Source: an uncultured Verrucomicrobiales bacterium (lineage in GTDB: Bacteria > Verrucomicrobiota > Verrucomicrobiia > JADLBR01 > JAIBCM01). From it: a DNA stretch of 64,000 bases. The position numbers and the translations under genes are program-made. Location: the NCBI GenBank assembly GCA_964435495.1, contig CAYSZK010000001.1:699-64698 (forward strand). The letters run 5' to 3'. Of this stretch, positions 59,164 through 64,000 are shown piece after piece. Below the pieces are notes generated by a model. That model was not told the origin of the DNA and did no database searches. It worked only from the letters and a program-made list of their open reading frames with translations. How positions within the stretch are numbered: position 1 is the stretch's first letter; each line of letters starts with the position of its first letter.

Positions 59164-60927
59164 ATGGCCGTCCGGGGCGCTGAAGAAAGCAGAATCCAGG
59201 GGATCGGCGTGTCGCCGGGGATCGCGCACGGCCCGCTTTTCATAATCAGCCGGGACGAGCCGGTGGCACCGCGGCGGGAGATTCGGGAGGGGGATTTGCC
59301 GGGCGAACTGCGGCGCCTGGAGAAGGCGATCCAATTGACGCGGGAGCAACTGCTGGAAATCCAGCGGGACACGGCGGCGCGGTTGGGCGGGGCGGAGGCG
59401 GGGGTGTTCGAGGCGCACCTGCTGGTGCTGGAGGACGCGACGCTGCTCGGGGCGGTGCACAAGCAACTGGAAATGAGCCGCCACAACGTCGAGTCGGTTT
59501 ACGCCCATGTGATCCGCCGGTATTCCGACGCGCTGGAGAATGTGCCCGACTCCTATCTGCGCGAGCGCGCGGCGGACGTGCGGGACGTGGGGCGGCGGGT
59601 GCTGCGCAATCTGATGGGAACGGAGGACCGTCCGTTTGCGGGCATCACGGCGCCGTGCGTGGTGGCCGCGCACGACCTTGCGCCGAGCGACACGGCGCGG
59701 TTGCCGCGGGACTTGGTGCTGGGCTTCGTGACCTACGCCGGGTCGAAGACCTCGCACACGGCGATCATGGCGCGGTCCATGGACATCCCGGCGGTGGTCG
59801 GCATCCATCCCGATCCGTCCCATCTGGAGGAGGGCACACAAGTTATCGTGGATGGGTACGGCGGGTTGCTGATCCTGCATCCGTCGCCGGCGACGGTGGC
59901 GTCGTTTGGGGCGATCGAGACGCGCCACGAGCAGGTGGAAGAAAGCCTGGAGGCGTTGCGGGCGACACCGGCGGTGACGACCGACGGGCGGCGGGTGGTG
60001 TTGTCGGCGAACATCGAGATGCTGGAGGACCTGCCGTGGGTGCTGGAGTCGGGGGCGGAAGGCATCGGCCTGTTCCGGTCCGAGTTCCTGTTCACGGGGC
60101 GGCGGGATGCGCCCGAGGAGGAGGAACAGTACCAGGCGTACGTGAAGGCGGCGCGGGCGGTGGCGCCAAACCATGTGGTGCTGCGGACGCTGGACATTGG
60201 GGGGGACAAATTTCTGGACCGGATGCAGGAGGAGAGCGAGGCGAACCCGTTCCTGGGCCTGCGGGCGATCCGGTTTTGTCTGGTGCACAAGCCGCTGTTC
60301 CGGGTGCAGCTGCGGGCGATGCTGCGGGCGAGCGTGGAGGGCAACGTGCGCATCATGTATCCGATGGTATCGGGGATTGATGAGGTGCGCCTGGCGAACC
60401 GGCTGCTGGAGGAGGAGCGGGCGCGGCTGTTGGGCGAGGGGGTCAGGGTGCCCGAGGCGCTGGAGATCGGGGTGATGATCGAGGTGCCGTCGGCGGCGAT
60501 GACCGCGGAGATTCTCGCGGAGGAGGCGGACTTTTTCAGCATCGGGACCAATGACCTGATCCAATATTCCATCGCCATCGACCGGGGCAACGAGCTGCTT
60601 GCGCACCTGTACCAGCCGACCCATCCGGGAATCCTGCGCTTGATCCAGCGCACGATTGAAGCGGGCCACGCCGCGGGGATATCCGTGTCGGTCTGCGGCG
60701 AGATGGCGGGCGAGATCACCCTGGTGCCGCTGCTTCTGGGGATGGGTGTGGACGAGCTTTCGACCGGCGCCGCGCTGGTGCCGCGCATCAAGAAAGTCGT
60801 CCGTTCCGTCGCCCACAGCGAGATGCGGAAGCTCGCGGAGGAACTCCTCGCGAACCCGTCCGGAGAAGCGATTCAGGAAAAGCTCGCCGCGTTCGCGAAA
60901 GAGCGGTTTGGCGACCTCCTGGACTGA
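59164..60927 (+). CDS. ptsI: phosphoenolpyruvate-protein phosphotransferase (Enzyme I)
   Basis: GSKTSHTAIMARS is the phospho-His region, followed by a C-terminal PEP-utilising TIM barrel. Confidence 0.9.
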   Translation: MAVRGAEESRIQGIGVSPGIAHGPLFIISRDEPVAPRREIREGDLPGELRRLEKAIQLTREQLLEIQRDTAARLGGAEAGVFEAHLLVLEDATLLGAVHKQLEMSRHNVESVYAHVIRRYSDALENVPDSYLRERAADVRDVGRRVLRNLMGTEDRPFAGITAPCVVAAHDLAPSDTARLPRDLVLGFVTYAGSKTSHTAIMARSMDIPAVVGIHPDPSHLEEGTQVIVDGYGGLLILHPSPATVASFGAIETRHEQVEESLEALRATPAVTTDGRRVVLSANIEMLEDLPWVLESGAEGIGLFRSEFLFTGRRDAPEEEEQYQAYVKAARAVAPNHVVLRTLDIGGDKFLDRMQEESEANPFLGLRAIRFCLVHKPLFRVQLRAMLRASVEGNVRIMYPMVSGIDEVRLANRLLEEERARLLGEGVRVPEALEIGVMIEVPSAAMTAEILAEEADFFSIGTNDLIQYSIAIDRGNELLAHLYQPTHPGILRLIQRTIEAGHAAGISVSVCGEMAGEITLVPLLLGMGVDELSTGAALVPRIKKVVRSVAHSEMRKLAEELLANPSGEAIQEKLAAFAKERFGDLLD

Positions 60928-60940
60928 CCTGGGTTGTATT

Positions 60941-61792
60941 GTGAACCCGGCCGCCGCAATCCGCGCCCTCGTGGAGATGGCCCTGGCCGAGGATGTGGGG
61001 GCGGGGGACCTGACGTCGCGCTGGTTTGTGCCGGAGGGACTGCGTGGGCGCGCGGCGGTGATGGCGCGCCGGCCGCTGACGGTTTCCGGAACGGACGCGG
61101 CGGTGGAGGTGTTTCGGAGGCTGGACGCCGGCGCGGTTGTCGAGGTGTTGATTGGCGACGGCGGGCGGGCGGAGGCCGGGACCGCCTGCATGCGGGTGGC
61201 GGGGCGGCTGAGGCCGATGCTGGCGGCGGAGCGGACGGCGCTCAATTTCCTGCAGCGGCTCTCGGGGGTGGCGACGTTGACGCGGCGGTTTGTGGAGGCG
61301 GTGAAGGGCACCAAGGCCAGGATTCTGGACACGCGCAAGACGACGCCCGGCTGGCGGGCGTTGGAGAAGGCGGCGGTGCGGCACGGGGGAGGGTGCAACC
61401 ACCGGCAGGGACTCTACGACGCGATTTTGGTGAAGGACAATCACTGGGCGGCGCACCCGCCGGACGCGGCGTGGCTGGCGGACCGCATCGCGGCGATCCG
61501 GCGCGAGCATCCCGGGATCGAGATCGGATTCGAAGCCGACACGCTGGACCAGGCGGCGCGGTTCGCGGGGCTTGGCGTGGACGTGATCCTGCTGGACAAC
61601 ATGAGTCCGGAGGCCCTCCGCGCGGCGGTGGGAGTGGTGGCGGGCCGGGCGCAAACCGAGGCTTCGGGCGGGGTGACCCTCGAGACCGTGCGCGCCATTG
61701 CGGAGACGGGCGTGGACAGGATTTCGGTGGGGGCGCTCACCCATTCGGCGCCGGCGGCGGACCTTGCGCTGGACTTCGAGCCCGCGGGATGA
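60941..61792 (+). CDS. nadC: nicotinate-nucleotide diphosphorylase (quinolinate phosphoribosyltransferase)
   Basis: …LNFLQRLSGVAT…ILDTRKTTPGWR…DNHW… is the type II PRTase fold. It has a GTG start. Confidence 0.85.
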   Translation: MNPAAAIRALVEMALAEDVGAGDLTSRWFVPEGLRGRAAVMARRPLTVSGTDAAVEVFRRLDAGAVVEVLIGDGGRAEAGTACMRVAGRLRPMLAAERTALNFLQRLSGVATLTRRFVEAVKGTKARILDTRKTTPGWRALEKAAVRHGGGCNHRQGLYDAILVKDNHWAAHPPDAAWLADRIAAIRREHPGIEIGFEADTLDQAARFAGLGVDVILLDNMSPEALRAAVGVVAGRAQTEASGGVTLETVRAIAETGVDRISVGALTHSAPAADLALDFEPAG

Positions 61793-62739
61793 GCCCGCTG
61801 GCGGTGGTCTTCCGGGAATTGGAGGCGGTGGCGCCCGCGCATTGTCCCGTGCCCCGGCTTGCGAACGCGGGCGTGGCCGGGGACGCATTGCGGGCGGCGA
61901 TTGCGGAACTTGCCCACCTGGGTTTCCGGCCGGAGGCCGATCCCGTCGCGGGACTGCGTCTCGGGGCGCGCCCGGACGTTCTTGTGCCCGACGAGATTGA
62001 GGCGGTGGCGGGGACGGGCGGCGGGTCATTCCGCGTCCGGGTATTCCGAAGCACCGAATCGACCAACGACTTGGCGGCGCGGGCGGCGGCGGCGGGCGGG
62101 GCGGCGGGGCTGGCGGTGTTTGCGGAGGCGCAAACAGCCGGGCGCGGGCGGCGGGGACGGGCCTGGGAATCGCGGGCCGGGCTGGGGCTGTGGTTTTCGG
62201 TTCTGGCGCGGCCGGGGGATGTGGCACAGCCGGGGCGCTTGTCGGCGGCGGCGACGGTGGCGGTGGCGGTGGCGGTGCGGGAAGCGGCGGGGCTTGGCAC
62301 GGAGGTGAAGTGGCCCAACGACGTGCTCGTGGGCGGGCGGAAGTTGGCGGGGATACTGATTGAGACGGGCCGGGACCGGTCGGGCGTGCCGTTTGCGGTG
62401 GTGGGGATTGGCTTGAATGTCAACCACGAGCCGGGGGATTTCGGGGAGAAGGCGGCGGGGCGGGCGACGTCGGTTCGGATCGAGACAGGGCGGCTGGTGC
62501 GCCGGGCCGGGCTGGCGGGGGCGATCCTGGCCGGGTTGGCGCGGCGTCTTGCCGAGCCGTTCGAGGAAGTCCGGCGGGAATGGATGGCCTGGTGCGGCAC
62601 CCAGGGCCGGATCGTGCGCGTGACCGGGGATCCGAAGGTTGAGGGATTTGTGGAGGGCCTGGACGATGACGGCTCCCTGCTTGTGCGGACCGCGGGCGGA
62701 GTGTTGCGGCGGGTTGCGGCGGGCGAGGTGCTGGTGTAA
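61789..62739 (+). CDS. birA: biotin--[acetyl-CoA-carboxylase] ligase
   Basis: It carries GRGRRGRAW and KWPNDVLVGGRKLAGIL. It has an ATGA overlap with nadC. Confidence 0.85.
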   Translation: MSPLAVVFRELEAVAPAHCPVPRLANAGVAGDALRAAIAELAHLGFRPEADPVAGLRLGARPDVLVPDEIEAVAGTGGGSFRVRVFRSTESTNDLAARAAAAGGAAGLAVFAEAQTAGRGRRGRAWESRAGLGLWFSVLARPGDVAQPGRLSAAATVAVAVAVREAAGLGTEVKWPNDVLVGGRKLAGILIETGRDRSGVPFAVVGIGLNVNHEPGDFGEKAAGRATSVRIETGRLVRRAGLAGAILAGLARRLAEPFEEVRREWMAWCGTQGRIVRVTGDPKVEGFVEGLDDDGSLLVRTAGGVLRRVAAGEVLV

Positions 62740-63065
62740 CACCAGGAAAACCGCCACTCGGCTTTGCGGGAACGGGATCGGCACCCGGATCATCGGGGCC
62801 ACCAGGAATCTGAACAAGAAAGCCGAACCCGCAGGTTCAGGCGAGGCTTGCCCGCGCGCGCCCCGCCGCGTTGCCCGCCGTGGCGAAAAGTCCCCCCCGT
62901 GCGCCCCGTGCCCTCTGTGAGAGATTTCCCGCGGCGCTTGCCCGCGCCCCATTGAACGGCGCGAAATGGGCTTCCGGCAGGCGGGTTGAGAGGCAGTTTG
63001 CGAGGCGGCGCGCGGCGGCCAGGTGGCCGGCGGCGCCGTAAAACCTGGAGAGGAGACAGAAGAAT

Positions 63066-63260
63066 ATGGATGGCTTGTTATTTTGGATCATCATTGGGTT
63101 GCTGGCGGGATTCCTCGGCACGCTCGCCACCGCCACAATCGGCGCGATCCCGCTGATCTGGATCGTGTCAAGACTCAAAAAGAAGAGGCGCCCGCCGCCA
63201 ATCCGCCGCGCGCAAACGCGGCGAGCAGGCCCGGGAGCCGTTCGACCGGCAGGCCGATGA
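63066..63260 (+). CDS. small hydrophobic membrane protein (GlsB/YeaQ/YmgE-like?)
   Basis: GGAGAcagaagaat-ATG is a ribosome-binding site. The two TM-like stretches are AT-richer than their surroundings. It overlaps the maf 3' end convergently by ~85 nt, so this is uncertain. Confidence 0.3.
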   Translation: MDGLLFWIIIGLLAGFLGTLATATIGAIPLIWIVSRLKKKRRPPPIRRAQTRRAGPGAVRPAGR

Positions 63261-63795
63261 CGTTTGACATCAGGCCTGAGACGGATTCGATGATCTGGCC
63301 GCCGTCCTCCTGGGCCGCGTACGCGCCCGCCTTGTCGAGCACATGGACACGGGCAAGATACGCGTCGATGCCTTCGGCGGTGAGCGGACGGAAGCGCACC
63401 CGCGTGGTTTCCAAGCGCGCGAGGATTTCCAGCCTGGGACCACAGGCGCGGGCGAGCACGACGCCGGAGTGCACATGGTGAACGCGTCCGGCGAGGCTGG
63501 CTAGCATGGCCCGGGCGTGTCCCAGGTCGCGGGGCTTTCCCAGGATGGCCGCGCCGATGGCCACCTCGGTGTCCACGCCAAGGATCAAGCGGCCCGGCAT
63601 GGCGCGGGCGAGCGGACAAGCCTTGCGCGAGGCGTTGAGCAGCGTGATTTCGGCGGGGGACAGATGGAGGATTTCGCCTGGGGCGGCCTCGCGGTCGGGC
63701 GGAACCACGACTTCAAAGGCGATGCCGGCTTCGCGGAGCAGGGAGGCGCGCCGCGGGGAGCGGGAGGCCAGGACCAGGGGCGCGGCGGGTGTCAT
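63175..63795 (-). CDS. maf: Maf-like nucleoside triphosphate pyrophosphatase
   Basis: LVLASRSPRRASLL…GVDTEV…GLPVE are the Maf motifs. The start is taken at MTPAAP. Confidence 0.8.
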   Translation of the reverse strand: MTPAAPLVLASRSPRRASLLREAGIAFEVVVPPDREAAPGEILHLSPAEITLLNASRKACPLARAMPGRLILGVDTEVAIGAAILGKPRDLGHARAMLASLAGRVHHVHSGVVLARACGPRLEILARLETTRVRFRPLTAEGIDAYLARVHVLDKAGAYAAQEDGGQIIESVSGLMSNVIGLPVERLPGLLAAFARGGLAAGASSF

Positions 63796-63835
63796 GGGAG
63801 CGCGGCGGTGTGCGAGGGCGGGCGGGCGGCGTGGG

Positions 63836-64000
63836 TCAGTCACCCGTGGGATGCATCTCGAACGCATGAACTCCCCAGGCGGGGAGATCGACGAAGAGAC
63901 CGGGGTCGGCCATTTCGGCGGCGTTACGGGTAAAGGAAGGGCCGCCGAGGCGGTCTTCGAGGCGCCAGGCGCGGAATTCGGGACCGGTGGGCAGGGGGAG
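63836..64000 (-). CDS. hypothetical protein, C-terminal 54 aa only (the gene continues beyond the window end)
   Basis: An open frame runs from the window edge to TGA at 63836-63838 on the minus strand. No family is recognisable from this fragment. Confidence 0.3.
   Translation of the reverse strand, partial: LPLPTGPEFRAWRLEDRLGGPSFTRNAAEMADPGLFVDLPAWGVHAFEMHPTGD

Noticed and set aside
59146-61398. 750-aa minus-strand ORF
   Set aside because: It is antisense to ptsI and nadC. It has an Arg/His/Pro-rich composition.
60934-61788. Upstream part of the 601-aa ORF that ends as birA
   Set aside because: This region is nadC in another frame. BirA homology starts only at MSPLAVVFRE (61789).

Overview
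This 64 kb window is about 70 % G+C and looks like a chromosomal segment from a PVC-superphylum bacterium (Planctomycetes/Verrucomicrobia-like). The taxonomic call rests on a DUF1592/PSCyt cytochrome protein paired with a TAT-signal DUF1552 protein. Conserved genes run from 1 to about 24.1 kb. They are the 3' end of an aminotransferase, ileS, a B12-binding radical SAM enzyme, a frameshifted uridine-kinase-family gene and a vapBC pair next to tRNA-Gln(UUG). After these come an aldo/keto reductase, an NDH-2 and an outer-membrane biogenesis trio (bamD-like, lptE-like, asmA-like). The stretch ends with a 709-aa tandem-repeat secreted protein, dimeric-dUTPase-like, yciH, two methyltransferases, the DUF1592/DUF1552 pair and leuC-leuD. 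From about 24.1 to 40.7 kb, entirely on the minus strand, lies the accessory part. It holds an Rhs polymorphic-toxin locus: a 1749-aa Rhs with an unusual N-terminal TPR plus C39-peptidase-like region, four small low-GC putative immunity genes, three orphan rhs C-terminal cassettes and one truncated remnant. The Rhs gene is translationally coupled (ATGA overlaps) to two large upstream secreted proteins, an RCC1-propeller/Calx-beta/Ig-like protein and a right-handed beta-helix protein. The right third carries a 1507-aa hybrid histidine kinase coupled to a receiver-adenylate cyclase and a second vapBC module flanked by 64-bp direct repeats. It also has a lycopene-cyclase-domain protein, an ACT protein, an MMPL/RND transporter whose C-terminal cNMP-binding domain is cut off by an in-frame TAA, a LolA-like protein, a TPR protein and recG. 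Further right are lptC-lptA-lptB, hprK-ptsH-ptsI, nadC, birA and maf. Four genes show -1 frame changes exactly at short C/G homopolymers, which suggests systematic homopolymer under-calling in the assembly rather than real pseudogenes. I found no CRISPR array, rRNA or IS transposase. Many very long antisense ORFs in the track are high-GC artefacts.
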